Sequence record: NC_042018.1
Length of the DNA stretch: 64,000 bases
Strand: one strand, 5' to 3'
Positions 1 to 10,066 of this stretch are shown in pieces. Position 1 is the first letter of the stretch; each line of letters begins with the position of its first letter. Below the pieces are notes generated by a model that had not been told where the DNA came from, did not search any database, and saw only the letters and a program-made list of their open reading frames with translations. The translations under genes were made by a program, and so were the position numbers.

Positions 1-487
1 TAACTACGACGTCGGCGACGGCGACCTGATGACCATCATGCGTAACCTGAAGCAGTTTATCTGGTCGGGTTACAGTGATTACAACATCCGTTTGAATCCG
101 CTTATCATCACCGATATTCTGAAACAAACGCGTCTGTTGGTCGGTCAGGACTTCCGGGCATTCTTGATGGCGAACTACAACCGCGGTATCGGTTCCCAAG
201 CGGGTCTGGTGCGTGAAGTAGTGAACTATCTGTCAGGTCAGGTGGGTTATCGTTCGGTGAACACCGCGATTGTGATTGAAGAGAACAAAATCAAGTCCTA
301 CGACAAGTTCGAAAACTGGGGCGCGAAAACCATCTCGGCTAATCACATGGATACCGTAGGGTTGAGTCAGTTGGATAAAGTCAACGACTACGACTTCTAC
401 CGTCTCTGTGCAGGTCTGTCACCGGAACTGCTGGCCCGTATGTTTTTAGTTATCGGCGGGGAGAACATCGATGTCGGACGTAAATGA
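1..487 (+). CDS. 5'-truncated phage protein, probably a virion structural protein
   Basis: The reading frame is open from position 2 (aac tac gac gtc...) through the ATG at 29 to TAA at 485-487, so the gene probably starts upstream of the window. It overlaps the next virion gene. Confidence 0.55.
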   Translation, partial: NYDVGDGDLMTIMRNLKQFIWSGYSDYNIRLNPLIITDILKQTRLLVGQDFRAFLMANYNRGIGSQAGLVREVVNYLSGQVGYRSVNTAIVIEENKIKSYDKFENWGAKTISANHMDTVGLSQLDKVNDYDFYRLCAGLSPELLARMFLVIGGENIDVGRK

Positions 488-1766
488 TTTATCCGCGCAG
501 ATGGCCGCTATTAACGTTGTGGCCTCTACCGAGCTGGTAGAAAAGGTAAGCGACACGCACGACCTGGCCCGTCTTCAGAACAAACTGAACGAAAGCCGTA
601 ACCGTGCTGAAACCGTTCGTTCGCTGTTGGTGAACACCCAACCGCATGAGCTGACCGTTGAAACCGCGAACTACATCGACAACCAGCTCAGTTCTATTGG
701 GGCGTTACAGGTGGACGGTACTACCGTTCAGGGCGTGGAGTCACTGGGTTACACCCTGATGCCACGTCAGTTCCTGGAAACGCGTCTGGCGGGCTGTGAG
801 GGCTTCCTGTCTAGCTGGGGTGCTAAGACCACCTTTATTGCTAAGCAAATCGCGGCGGCATTTAAAGATGCCTGGGTTCTGCTGCGTGAAAGCAATGACA
901 GCCTGCTGAGCCGTTTGGATGCGCTGGACAAAGATATACAGCAAGCCGGGACTTTCCCGGAAGGAACCTCTGAGATTCTCATCGGGTTCCGTCTGTATAA
1001 CCTGTTCCAGATTAATCACGAAGTAAAGGAAGACTGGATTAACCAGTTAACCAAAGTCAGCAAAACCATCAACGGTTTGTCGTCTAACTACTACGTGATG
1101 TCCAAAAACAACCTCAACACCACGCTGAGCTATTTTGGCGGCTTCCCTAAGTTAGACGAAGCGAAAGCCACTGAACGCTACCTGATGCTGCCTGCGTCGA
1201 TTCCGAGCGTACGCTTTAAAGAGTGTACTATCGCTGACCGTACGTGGCCGCAGAAAGGTATTGCCGCGTTCCGCAGTGTGGAAATGATGGGCGGGCGTTT
1301 CTTTATGGATACCCGTACCCTGGACCGTGATCTGTCGCCGAAGATTCCGGAAGACGTTAACCAGTACCTGGTTGGGTATTTGGAAAACGACCGGACGTTC
1401 TTTAACAACAAGCCTGAGAAAGAGTATAACGATCTCAAAGAAACCGTGAAGACCTTGGGGTCTGAACAAATCAAACAGATCGTGAAGCTGGCCCGTACCC
1501 TGTTAAAAGACTGGGAAAAGGTGTACATCGACGGCGAGAAGCACAAGCTGGTTGATAAAGACTACGAAGGCATCATGAAAGAGTTGCTGGACGCAGAGTG
1601 GAATGACGACCTGCGTTACTACGTGTTCAACGCCTTTAACGGCCTGGTCACGAAGAACCAGCAGGAACTGATTGAGCTGCGGGCGAAGGTGAATACCTAC
1701 CTGGTGTTCTTAATCAACGGCATCATTGAGATCTGCTACACGTCGATTGAACTCAATCAGGAGTAA
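471..1766 (+). CDS. Internal head/virion protein with protease-cleaved propeptide
   Basis: 431 aa with G-X-E sites (QGVES, AGCEGF) followed by an amphipathic helix, as in the neighbouring paralogues. RBS ggag is upstream. Confidence 0.65.
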   Translation: MSDVNDLSAQMAAINVVASTELVEKVSDTHDLARLQNKLNESRNRAETVRSLLVNTQPHELTVETANYIDNQLSSIGALQVDGTTVQGVESLGYTLMPRQFLETRLAGCEGFLSSWGAKTTFIAKQIAAAFKDAWVLLRESNDSLLSRLDALDKDIQQAGTFPEGTSEILIGFRLYNLFQINHEVKEDWINQLTKVSKTINGLSSNYYVMSKNNLNTTLSYFGGFPKLDEAKATERYLMLPASIPSVRFKECTIADRTWPQKGIAAFRSVEMMGGRFFMDTRTLDRDLSPKIPEDVNQYLVGYLENDRTFFNNKPEKEYNDLKETVKTLGSEQIKQIVKLARTLLKDWEKVYIDGEKHKLVDKDYEGIMKELLDAEWNDDLRYYVFNAFNGLVTKNQQELIELRAKVNTYLVFLINGIIEICYTSIELNQE

Positions 1767-1769
1767 GTT

Positions 1770-2810
1770 ATGACGCCGTCTGTGTTGATGTCCTATCGGG
1801 CAGGATTAGAAGAACATATCTCGTTACGAGAAAGCCATCAACAACTGATTGAGCTGGGTAAAATCCTGGACATGGACTTAAGCGCTGTGTCCGGGAATGA
1901 GGAGTTTGCAGACGACGCCAAAGAAGCGTTAAAAAGCGGTTTCATCTCGTTAGGTCAAGGTGTGCTATCCGCTAGTAAGTGGGTTGGGGGTCAAGCACTC
2001 GACCTGTTTACGAAAAGCATCTCCTCTGCCGGTTCTCAGTTGATGAAGGTCTTTGAAAGCAACGAAGGTCTGATTCGGAAAATCCGAAACGCCGCGTCCG
2101 AACCGTCTTACTCGTTTAGTCTCTCCGTGGCACAGGTTGGGAACTTGACCTCAACCGGCCACTGGAAAGATTTCGAGCATGACATGGATACGCTGTTGGC
2201 TACTCTGGAATCCACGTGGAAACACAGCAAGGATGTAAACGAGTATCTCAATAAACAGTTGGTGTGTGCCCGTAAGCTGAAAGGTGCCAAAAGTAACGAC
2301 ACCTTATTAAAGGTGATGGATGAGTTCGACGACATCACCTATCCCAAATGGAACCTTCCGGAACGCAATGGAAATACTATGTTGCTTTCTGACGTCTTAC
2401 CGGAAGGTAAAGTCTTTAAATGTAATTACGACGCAAATGCCGGTAAAGTAGAATATTCTATGTCCGGTGATAAACCTGCGGGCGAAAGCAGTGATGTTGA
2501 ATTGTCTAAATCTGAACTGGGCACTATCCTCAGCAAACTGGACAAGGTCAATGCGTTGCATAAAGCCATGAAGCAAGCCTACGACAGTTATCTGAGCTTT
2601 ATCAAAGACTGGGGGTCTATGGTTAAATCCGTGGATTCAGGTCTCGGTGAAGCAGAGGGACTGAGTGGACATGTGGTTGGGGAAGCTGAAAAGCTGTTGG
2701 GTGGTGATGCCAAGGCATTATCATTCTATAGCGGGTTTTGCCCACGAGTGGTCAACTACACTGACAAGTACATTCATGGTGTGCTTGGTGTACTCGCTAA
2801 AGTAATTTAA
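1770..2810 (+). CDS. Internal head/virion protein with protease-cleaved propeptide
   Basis: 346 aa with AGLEE and SGNEEF sites in the first 45 aa. It lies within the head-protein array. Confidence 0.65.
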   Translation: MTPSVLMSYRAGLEEHISLRESHQQLIELGKILDMDLSAVSGNEEFADDAKEALKSGFISLGQGVLSASKWVGGQALDLFTKSISSAGSQLMKVFESNEGLIRKIRNAASEPSYSFSLSVAQVGNLTSTGHWKDFEHDMDTLLATLESTWKHSKDVNEYLNKQLVCARKLKGAKSNDTLLKVMDEFDDITYPKWNLPERNGNTMLLSDVLPEGKVFKCNYDANAGKVEYSMSGDKPAGESSDVELSKSELGTILSKLDKVNALHKAMKQAYDSYLSFIKDWGSMVKSVDSGLGEAEGLSGHVVGEAEKLLGGDAKALSFYSGFCPRVVNYTDKYIHGVLGVLAKVI

Positions 2811-2846
2811 TTAAATTCACTTTTGAAATTTCAAAGGAACAAGAAC

Positions 2847-4094
2847 ATGTCTTTAGATCTTCTGAATATGTACAAAGGCGCTGAAGAGCTGGACCTGGAA
2901 AACCAGGTTACTGAAACGGCTGAAGACGTTGCTGAAGAAGTGGCTCGCGCTGAAGTGGCTGAAGCGACTGTTGAGATCCAGGAGCAGGGTGAGCAAGTTG
3001 CCCAGCTGGTTGAAACTGTTCAAGACCTGGAAGAGCAGGTTGAAGAGCTGGAAGAAACCGTTGAAGGTCTGGAAGGCCTGCTGCGCTCTGGTAACTTCAA
3101 CGCCGGCGCATTCGCGAACATGTACAACCGTGCTGCAAAACTGTCTGCCAACCTCGGCGGCCGTGCAACTGCGCGTATGGGTGCAGAATCTTTCTCTGAC
3201 GCAGCGACCGCTCAGGTAATGGCGCGCGACGGCATGGAAGGCTTCATGGATAAAGTCAAGGGTTGGGGTAAAACCGCCATTGAATTCATCAAAAACATCT
3301 TCAACGCCGTGATCTCTTTCTTCGTTGGTATCTTCAACAAAGTTGAAGGCCTGCAGCGTCGCCACGATGCGCTGGTTAAGCGTGTTGATGCCGCTGAGAA
3401 AGTGAAAGACAAAATCAAGCTGGGCGGCTGGAACGTTTGGATCGACTACGAGAAAAACGGCGCGTCTGAATCTAAAGCTAACAAGCTGGGCGACGCAGTT
3501 TCCAAACTGAACTCCTACTGCGAAGTAGCTAAGAAAGTTGAAAGCGCTAACGTCGGTGCATTCAACACTGCGTACACCGGCCTGGTTAACGCGCTGAAAG
3601 CTGGCACTTCTGGCGGTAAAGAAGTGAAAGAAGGCAGCAAGAAGAAAGTGATGCAGGAAATCGGCGGTATCCGCGTTCTGTTCACTTACGAAGCTGAATC
3701 TGTTGATAAAGCAGAAGACGCTCCGAAAGCTGCTAAAGCGCTGAAACTGATGGTTGGCAAAGCGCCGGAAGCCAAGAAACTGACTACCGGTGAAGTTGCT
3801 GCTAAAGCTGACAAATCTGCGCTGAAAACCGCGCTGGGTGAAGTTGCTGGTTCTATCTCTGGTCTGCGTCAGGGCAAAGCCGATCGTGCATTCTCTGCTG
3901 CTGAGCGCGACCGCGTGATCGCTTCTCTGAACACCGTGAAAGCGGCTAACGACGAAGAAGCGAAAGAGCGTAAAGGTCAGGTTGCAATCGTGCGTGCCGT
4001 TTACTCTTCTGGCGCAAGCATCCTGAAAACTCTGGCTCAGGCCGAAACCAGCGCCGCTGATGCTCTGCTGAGCTGCGTAGCTGCACACGTGTAA
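2847..4094 (+). CDS. Abundant internal head (ejection) protein, phiKZ gp93 / SPN3US gp53-54-like family
   Basis: ATG at 2847 follows aagga. A very acidic propeptide carries several G-X-E sites (KGAEE, EGLEG, MGAES, DGMEG), followed by a Lys/Ala-rich mature part. Codon optimisation is extreme. Confidence 0.75.
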   Translation: MSLDLLNMYKGAEELDLENQVTETAEDVAEEVARAEVAEATVEIQEQGEQVAQLVETVQDLEEQVEELEETVEGLEGLLRSGNFNAGAFANMYNRAAKLSANLGGRATARMGAESFSDAATAQVMARDGMEGFMDKVKGWGKTAIEFIKNIFNAVISFFVGIFNKVEGLQRRHDALVKRVDAAEKVKDKIKLGGWNVWIDYEKNGASESKANKLGDAVSKLNSYCEVAKKVESANVGAFNTAYTGLVNALKAGTSGGKEVKEGSKKKVMQEIGGIRVLFTYEAESVDKAEDAPKAAKALKLMVGKAPEAKKLTTGEVAAKADKSALKTALGEVAGSISGLRQGKADRAFSAAERDRVIASLNTVKAANDEEAKERKGQVAIVRAVYSSGASILKTLAQAETSAADALLSCVAAHV

Positions 4095-4116
4095 GTAATC
4101 CCGCCGGGATTGTTAC

Positions 4117-4158
4117 TATAACAGGCCAGGTGAGCGAAAGCTCACCTGGCCTGTTATA
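4117..4158 (+). terminator. Perfect 19-bp hairpin with GAAA tetraloop after the abundant head gene
   Basis: TATAACAGGCCAGGTGAGC-GAAA-GCTCACCTGGCCTGTTATA, followed by a T-rich tract. Confidence 0.75.
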
Positions 4159-4183
4159 TGCCTATTTTTATTTCGAGGTTTTT

Positions 4184-5284
4184 ATGTATCCGACAGTGGT
4201 GGATGAAAAGCTTGTCCTTAGCCCAACCACAGCACAGTCCTATGAGAGTGCACCGGATGGCTATGATGCGATGTTGTCTGATGAAACCGAGACGGCGTTA
4301 CGTAAAGAGAAGGAAACCCGTAAGGATGACGTAGACGGGTCTGAGTCTCTCTATCACAGTTTATCACGCTTAGTGTTACCGAAACCTTCTCTGGAGACCG
4401 TCGAGGGCTCAGAGGGCGTTCTGGGGACAATTAAAGGTGGTCTGTCTCGTTTGTGGAAATGGCTTAAGGAATTCCTGGGCTGGTTACGCAACATGATCTT
4501 TGGTCGTAAGGCACGGGTCAATCGTCAAGTTGAGGATTTGGCACAGCTGATTAAAACCGGTACGCTGAAACCCAAAGCCGTGTACCCGCACTCTATTGTT
4601 CCGTTGTGCCCTATTCAACGGGGTAAGCTGGGGGAGGTCCCGGGCAACCTGGAATGGTTGAAAGCGGAACAGAAACGCGTTCACGATTTTGTGAATACCG
4701 CTAAGGTCATTGTGAAGACCGCGGCTAAACAACTCAAGGAATGGGAACCGCTCTTCCGTAAAGTAGCTGACGGTAAAGAGGTGGATCTGGCTGCGTTCAC
4801 GAAACCGGCGGTGTTAGGAGTCGCACTCTGGGGACCCCTTAAGTTACCGATTAAGCAACAGGACCCATACGACGAAATCCTGCATTACGAAGGTGCTATC
4901 TTTGGGTCGTATGAAGCCAATATCTCCGTCGTTGGGAATGCGATGGTATTTAGTGTCTCCAAGTATAACGGTTACACGGGTAAACAAGAGTTCTCTACTT
5001 CCCCCAGTACAGCAAAAGATATCTTCACGGAAAACGAAAACCTGGGTAGTGCACTGGACAGTTTAAGCAGTGAGTGTGAAGACACCCTGAAGTCGGCTAT
5101 CAAAGTGCTGGAGCGTGCTATTAACAGTATCCCCATGCAGTCCCGTGTTGGTCAGATAAAAGAAGCGACCCGTTTCATCAATTCTTATATTTCTGTGGTG
5201 AGTCGTTTCATGTCTTACTCAACGATTGATGTGCTGAAGATTCAAGAGTATATCAACCGTACCTTGTTGTCTGCTTATAAATAA
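4184..5284 (+). CDS. Internal head protein paralogue
   Basis: The likely ATG at 4184 follows gagg; the ORF-track start at 4130 lies inside the hairpin. DGSES and EGSEG sites are followed by GVLGTIKGGLSRLWKWLKEF. Confidence 0.7.
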   Translation: MYPTVVDEKLVLSPTTAQSYESAPDGYDAMLSDETETALRKEKETRKDDVDGSESLYHSLSRLVLPKPSLETVEGSEGVLGTIKGGLSRLWKWLKEFLGWLRNMIFGRKARVNRQVEDLAQLIKTGTLKPKAVYPHSIVPLCPIQRGKLGEVPGNLEWLKAEQKRVHDFVNTAKVIVKTAAKQLKEWEPLFRKVADGKEVDLAAFTKPAVLGVALWGPLKLPIKQQDPYDEILHYEGAIFGSYEANISVVGNAMVFSVSKYNGYTGKQEFSTSPSTAKDIFTENENLGSALDSLSSECEDTLKSAIKVLERAINSIPMQSRVGQIKEATRFINSYISVVSRFMSYSTIDVLKIQEYINRTLLSAYK

Positions 5285-5293
5285 GGAGGTCAC

Positions 5294-5788
5294 ATGCGTG
5301 TGGCTATCATGAATACCGCGGCAATCATCAATAACACGTTGAGCGCCGATAAACAGGAAGGGTTTAACCCCAACCTGTTATCACTGATGAACGTCAGTGA
5401 GAAGCTGTTCAAAATCGAATCGCCTTCTACTAATACCCATGCGCTGTTGGTAGAGAAGATTGACCTGGGGGAACTGTTCTGTAATACCCCTATCGATTTA
5501 CGGGGTCTGACTTTTACCGATTCCCCGGCAGTTGATTTGACGGGATGGACCCAGTCTCTGAACGTCGATATCTTCCAAAACCTGCCTAAGTTGGATAACG
5601 AAGAGTGGGAGTATATTGCGGATGAAGATGTGTTGGGTAAGCATTTCTTAAACGCAGTTCGTCTTACTGGTTTGGTGACTTTATCCCGCACTGAAGTATC
5701 GTTGTCTGTATTGGACAACGTCATGACGATTGAGGCCGACAACGCCATGCTGTACAAGGGAAAGGTAGACGTTCTGCTGCCTGAATAA
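5294..5788 (+). CDS. Hypothetical virion-associated protein
   Basis: 164 aa with a strong RBS (aaggaggt). The C-terminal beta-hairpin motif IEADNAMLYKGKVDV resembles those at 9296 and 32065. Confidence 0.6.
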   Translation: MRVAIMNTAAIINNTLSADKQEGFNPNLLSLMNVSEKLFKIESPSTNTHALLVEKIDLGELFCNTPIDLRGLTFTDSPAVDLTGWTQSLNVDIFQNLPKLDNEEWEYIADEDVLGKHFLNAVRLTGLVTLSRTEVSLSVLDNVMTIEADNAMLYKGKVDVLLPE

Positions 5789-5860
5789 TCTTATGTTTGT
5801 TGTATCCTTGGCCAAGGATATTTATCTTTTATCAACAATAAAAAACCACAGGAATTTAAG

Positions 5861-6778
5861 ATGGACGAGACCATTGACAATTTTGATGTAATCGAAGATG
5901 CACCCATTGAAGCAGAGTTCGCGGGCGAACACGCCGAAACACTGGTCGATGGAATCCTCGATACCATCCAGGGGAACGAATCTTTCCACGGCGGCCTGAC
6001 CCGCGCTCAGGAATACCTGAAAGCGGTAATGGAAGTTGACGGCGTAAGCTTCCACTCTGTTCATGGCACTGAAGGTGTGATGGACAAAATCAAATCCGGC
6101 GCACACAAAGCGTGGGAAGCGGTGAAGCGTGCGTTCAAGGCCATCTGGTCTTTCTTCTTTGATAAGAAGATTGAGCGCCAGGCTAAGTCTATCTTCGATA
6201 CGGCGAAAGAGTTTCGTCAGACTGCCGATCAAAAGATCAAAGGCTACAACGGCGAAGTTAATCAGGAATCCCTGAAGAAACGTTTCGCGATGATCGAGAA
6301 GGTCGAGAAAGAACTCGACGAGAAAGCAGATGCCGCGACCAAGAAAGCGCTGGACGAACTGCCGAAAAACTTCGAGCTCAATAAGCCGTACGTCAAAATG
6401 ATGAAAGAAGCGGCAGAAGAAATCCGTAAAACCTACGGGCTGATGGACATCATCAAAGCGATCCATAAGCCGGCCGACCTTTCAACTGCGGTAACTAAGC
6501 TGGAAGAAGTAACGAAGAAAATCGTTGCTCACCAGGATAAAGTCCGCGGCGTGAAAAGTAACCTGGACAGCACGCTGAAAGAGATCGAAGCCATCATGGC
6601 GGATCCGGTTCAGAAAGGTCTTATCGGTAATGAGCACGTTGAGATGAACCTGAAAGTCGTTAAAACGTGTGCAGCGATCTTCCAGGACTACATCACTGCT
6701 ATCCAGAAGAAGATGAACCTGGTCAGTAAGCTGATGAGCTCCATCGACCGTCTCTTTGCTAAACCTGCTCAAGCTTAA
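5861..6778 (+). CDS. Internal head protein paralogue
   Basis: Acidic propeptide with QGNES, then LTRAQEYLKAV and HGTEG|VMDKIK. The mature part is helical and Lys-rich. Confidence 0.75.
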   Translation: MDETIDNFDVIEDAPIEAEFAGEHAETLVDGILDTIQGNESFHGGLTRAQEYLKAVMEVDGVSFHSVHGTEGVMDKIKSGAHKAWEAVKRAFKAIWSFFFDKKIERQAKSIFDTAKEFRQTADQKIKGYNGEVNQESLKKRFAMIEKVEKELDEKADAATKKALDELPKNFELNKPYVKMMKEAAEEIRKTYGLMDIIKAIHKPADLSTAVTKLEEVTKKIVAHQDKVRGVKSNLDSTLKEIEAIMADPVQKGLIGNEHVEMNLKVVKTCAAIFQDYITAIQKKMNLVSKLMSSIDRLFAKPAQA

Positions 6779-6788
6779 GGAAAAGACA

Positions 6789-7862
6789 ATGTCTGAGATT
6801 GTAGTTGAAACGATTGAAGAAATCGAAGCGGCTCACCCCATGGTAGATGTCTCCCCGGAGCTGGAAGCGGTATCCGATCACGCTGAAACTGTTATTCAGG
6901 GTACACTGGATACCCTGGACGGCACCGAAGGTTACGGACTGACCGATGCTCAACGTTATCTGAACTCAGTGCTGTACGCAGCGGGTGAAGTTCCTGCTCA
7001 CGTTGCCGGCAACGAAGGCGTATTGTCTACCATTAAAGGTTGGGCGACTAAAGCTATCGACGCGATTAAGCGTGCGTTTAAAGCGATCTGGGATTACCTG
7101 TTCGGTAAGAAGAACGCAGAAGAAGAAGTTAAACTGCTGCGTAATGAAGTGAAGGCCACCGTTGAAAAGGTTAACACCTTTAAGCAGAAAGCCAAGTCAT
7201 CTTCTGAAGGTTCTTCCGGTAACGTCGTTATCGCGCTGGCCAACAACTACTCTCGCGCTGCGAGCGAAGTTAAAGCCACTGATCCGGCTTTGGCGAAGCA
7301 GTACGAAACCGCTGCCGAACAGCTGAAAGAAAACCCAGTCATCACCAGCATGTCTGACAAGCGTATTGTCCTGGACGAAAAGCTTTATAAGAAAATTAAA
7401 GCTATCGCCGCAGCTGCTGATGCCCATGTTAAGAAATGCGAAGATGATTTCCTGGACATGCGTAGTCAACTTCAAGACGAAGCTAACCTGCAAGAAATCA
7501 GCGTTTCTTTGTTTGGCCAATCGATGCATAAACTGCTGAAAGCAGTGGACAGCGTTCATGGTGTTGATGACATCACCAAAGCGCTGTCAGCGCTGGACGC
7601 TGAAATCTCTGGCTGGGGTCTCAGCAACACGCTGACGTCCATGAAACGTATTCGTAGCAAAGTCGAAGCAAAAATCAAACGCTTCGAAAGCGAGATGAGT
7701 TCCCAGGATGCACAGGAGCAGAAAGCCATGCGTAACGACATCAATGATTTCCAGGTGATTGTTCGTATGTGCAAAACTGTGATCAGCCGTATGGAAGCGC
7801 AACTCAACGCCGCTAAACGCCTCGCGAAAATGCTGCCGAAGTTACATCGTCTGCCTGCGTAA
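6789..7862 (+). CDS. Internal head protein paralogue
   Basis: ATG at 6789 follows aagga. DGTEG, LTDAQRYLNSV and AGNEG|VLSTIK align with the 5861 protein. Confidence 0.75.
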   Translation: MSEIVVETIEEIEAAHPMVDVSPELEAVSDHAETVIQGTLDTLDGTEGYGLTDAQRYLNSVLYAAGEVPAHVAGNEGVLSTIKGWATKAIDAIKRAFKAIWDYLFGKKNAEEEVKLLRNEVKATVEKVNTFKQKAKSSSEGSSGNVVIALANNYSRAASEVKATDPALAKQYETAAEQLKENPVITSMSDKRIVLDEKLYKKIKAIAAAADAHVKKCEDDFLDMRSQLQDEANLQEISVSLFGQSMHKLLKAVDSVHGVDDITKALSALDAEISGWGLSNTLTSMKRIRSKVEAKIKRFESEMSSQDAQEQKAMRNDINDFQVIVRMCKTVISRMEAQLNAAKRLAKMLPKLHRLPA

Positions 7863-7871
7863 GGAGGGGCA

Positions 7872-9299
7872 ATGTCCACCGCAAAAGACTTGCACCTGTT
7901 AAGTCTTCTGTATGGGGCTCCCGCCGAACAAATCGAAGAAATCCTCACAGGCTCTGGGTGCGTTGCGCTCAGAGCCGCTTTACAGGAACAAGACCTGTTA
8001 GATTTGTTAGCGGCTCCCCGTGAAGATTTGTGCAAAGCCATTCGTTCTATTCTCAAGCTTTATCTCCAGCGGTCACAAGACCACCGGTATGAGCAGATGA
8101 GTGTGAGCGAACCCGTGGGGGCGTTACTGGAAGAAATCCGTACCGCAACCAATAACGTTAACGACCCACCTTTACCGAGTCTGCAAACAGTTGCCCGTGG
8201 CCTCATCGGTCAAGGTAAGCTGCCTAATGATTCTGAAAGCACACGTCCGGTCGAAGAACTGATCGACGTACTGCAGAAATTCATTAACTGGGGATTAGAT
8301 ACCGTAAGTGATGAAGCCGTACAGAGTCCTTACCCGCTTCCTCGGTTAGTGCACGTTATTGTGTTTTTGGATGACGTCATGGTGATGTTGAACACCTATC
8401 TTACGTGTAAAGACAATCCTGATTATTCAGAAACCGAACTGATAAAAGAGAGTTTACCCATGAGTGAAACTATTCTGCTGGATCTGCCGGATGATGCATA
8501 CGGCAACGTAGAAGAACAACTCGACCACGCCACCACCATTGTGGACGGTATGGAAGGCTTCCTGTTAAACGACTCGCCACGCGACCTGAGCTATGCTCAG
8601 CAGTACGTACACGGCGTGCTATATGCCAACGGTGCTATTCCGCAAATGCGTGAAGGTAACGAAGGCAAGATCATGGACACCATCAAGAAATCTGCCCAGA
8701 AAGTATGGGACACCTTGATGAGCGCCCTGAAAGCCATCAAAGATTTCTTCTTCGGTAAAGCCGATAAAGAAACCCAACAGGCTGCCCTGGCCATCGCTGA
8801 TAAAAACAAAGCGACAATGGCTGCATCTGACGACAAAAGTGCCGAAATCAAAGACACCGCGAAAGCCGGTCTGTTGAAGCTGGCAGAAGCGTCTGATGAA
8901 AGCGGTGAGTTCAAGGCTGCAGCAGAAGGTCTGAACACCGTGTCTGATGCACCGTCTACGCTGGACAAGCTGAAGAACCTGATGAACAAACAGGTCTCTT
9001 CCGGCGGTAACCTGCGTAAGCTGTATGAAGCAGCAGAGAAAAAGGTGCAGGACCTGAAAGCCCTTATCTCTAAAGCTGACAGTGTGGCTGACGACGATAA
9101 AGAAGGCGCAGCAGCGGCGAAGCAAGAGCTGCAGGCTGGCATGAACGAAGCCAAAGAAGCGCTGACCGAAGCGAAGAAAGAAATGGGCCTCCACAAGAAG
9201 TTCATGAACGGTCTTCGCAAAGCCATGATCAACATCACCATGGCTATCTTCATGCACGGCAAGAACGTCGCTGAAGAAGTGAAAGAGGCCAACGCATGA
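7872..9299 (+). CDS. Internal head protein paralogue with ~196-aa N-terminal extension; probable second in-frame start at 8460
   Basis: The C-terminal 279 aa (MSETILL...DGMEG...LSYAQQYVHGV...EGNEG|KIMDTIK) align with the 5861 and 6789 proteins. Confidence 0.7.
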   Translation: MSTAKDLHLLSLLYGAPAEQIEEILTGSGCVALRAALQEQDLLDLLAAPREDLCKAIRSILKLYLQRSQDHRYEQMSVSEPVGALLEEIRTATNNVNDPPLPSLQTVARGLIGQGKLPNDSESTRPVEELIDVLQKFINWGLDTVSDEAVQSPYPLPRLVHVIVFLDDVMVMLNTYLTCKDNPDYSETELIKESLPMSETILLDLPDDAYGNVEEQLDHATTIVDGMEGFLLNDSPRDLSYAQQYVHGVLYANGAIPQMREGNEGKIMDTIKKSAQKVWDTLMSALKAIKDFFFGKADKETQQAALAIADKNKATMAASDDKSAEIKDTAKAGLLKLAEASDESGEFKAAAEGLNTVSDAPSTLDKLKNLMNKQVSSGGNLRKLYEAAEKKVQDLKALISKADSVADDDKEGAAAAKQELQAGMNEAKEALTEAKKEMGLHKKFMNGLRKAMINITMAIFMHGKNVAEEVKEANA

Positions 9300-10021
9300 A
9301 AAATATCCACCCCCGTGTCGTAGAGCTGTTGTCTAAGCAATTGCCAGCAACCGCACAAATTACGGGGGCAGTTTCGGTATCGGAAACTGAGTCAACTATC
9401 CTGGTGAAAAACAGTGGGGTAAAGAATCAGTTTAACTTACCGAAAACGGATATTGGAAATCGCTACCCGCATCGTGCCACTACCCTCACGGTTAGTCGGA
9501 CGTGTACCTATCGTGACGCTATTCAAAAGCTGAGCGATCGTGACCGTCTTTTCCTGCTTGGGGGTGTGGATTACGACAACGCTACCACACGTTTAGAGTT
9601 TGATGAAAACGGCAGGGGTGAAATTGCCCTGGCAATCTTGGACGACAGCATCATCTACACCGGAGCCATTAAGGTTAACCTGGTGTTAGCAGAGAAAGCG
9701 CTGACAACCAATGCCGAGCCGTTTACCTTACCATTAAGCTATGAGCGTGTAGCCCTGGCGTTAGTCCGTAAGGTGTTTACGGTAAAAGGCAATGTCTTTA
9801 CCGGTAATCAACTCACCAAAGCATTTTGTCAAGCAGTTGTGTCGCACCTGACCTCATTCGGCTTTCCTTTATACAAGGATGCGCTTGAACAGATGCAGCA
9901 GGGCGAAGTGCTTTCGGTTCACAACGACGGCGTTAGCGATATTCTCACGCTCCGTACTCTGAGTGGGATTTGTTACCTGATACGGTTCAAAACTCACGCT
10001 GAGGATGCTCCGGTATTGTAA
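9296..10021 (+). CDS. Hypothetical virion-associated protein
   Basis: 241 aa with an ATGA overlap with the previous stop. Contains the motif AILDDSIIYTGAIKV. Confidence 0.6.
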   Translation: MKNIHPRVVELLSKQLPATAQITGAVSVSETESTILVKNSGVKNQFNLPKTDIGNRYPHRATTLTVSRTCTYRDAIQKLSDRDRLFLLGGVDYDNATTRLEFDENGRGEIALAILDDSIIYTGAIKVNLVLAEKALTTNAEPFTLPLSYERVALALVRKVFTVKGNVFTGNQLTKAFCQAVVSHLTSFGFPLYKDALEQMQQGEVLSVHNDGVSDILTLRTLSGICYLIRFKTHAEDAPVL

Positions 10022-10027
10022 TCCTTC

Positions 10028-10066
10028 CCCTACTGCCTTTCGGGGCAGTAGGGTGGGAAATTTTAT
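10028..10066 (+). terminator. Rho-independent terminator with UUCG loop
   Basis: CCCTACTGCC-T-TTCG-G-GGCAGTAGGG followed by an A/T tract. Confidence 0.75.

Noticed and set aside
2853-4088. 411-aa antisense ORF over the abundant head protein
   Set aside because: Same codon-aligned shadow effect. The protein is Phe/Ser-rich nonsense.
5822-9358. Several 120-250-aa antisense ORFs (5822-6466, 7556-8056, 8597-9358, 8619-9257)
   Set aside because: These are shadows of codon-biased sense genes, with no independent coding signals.
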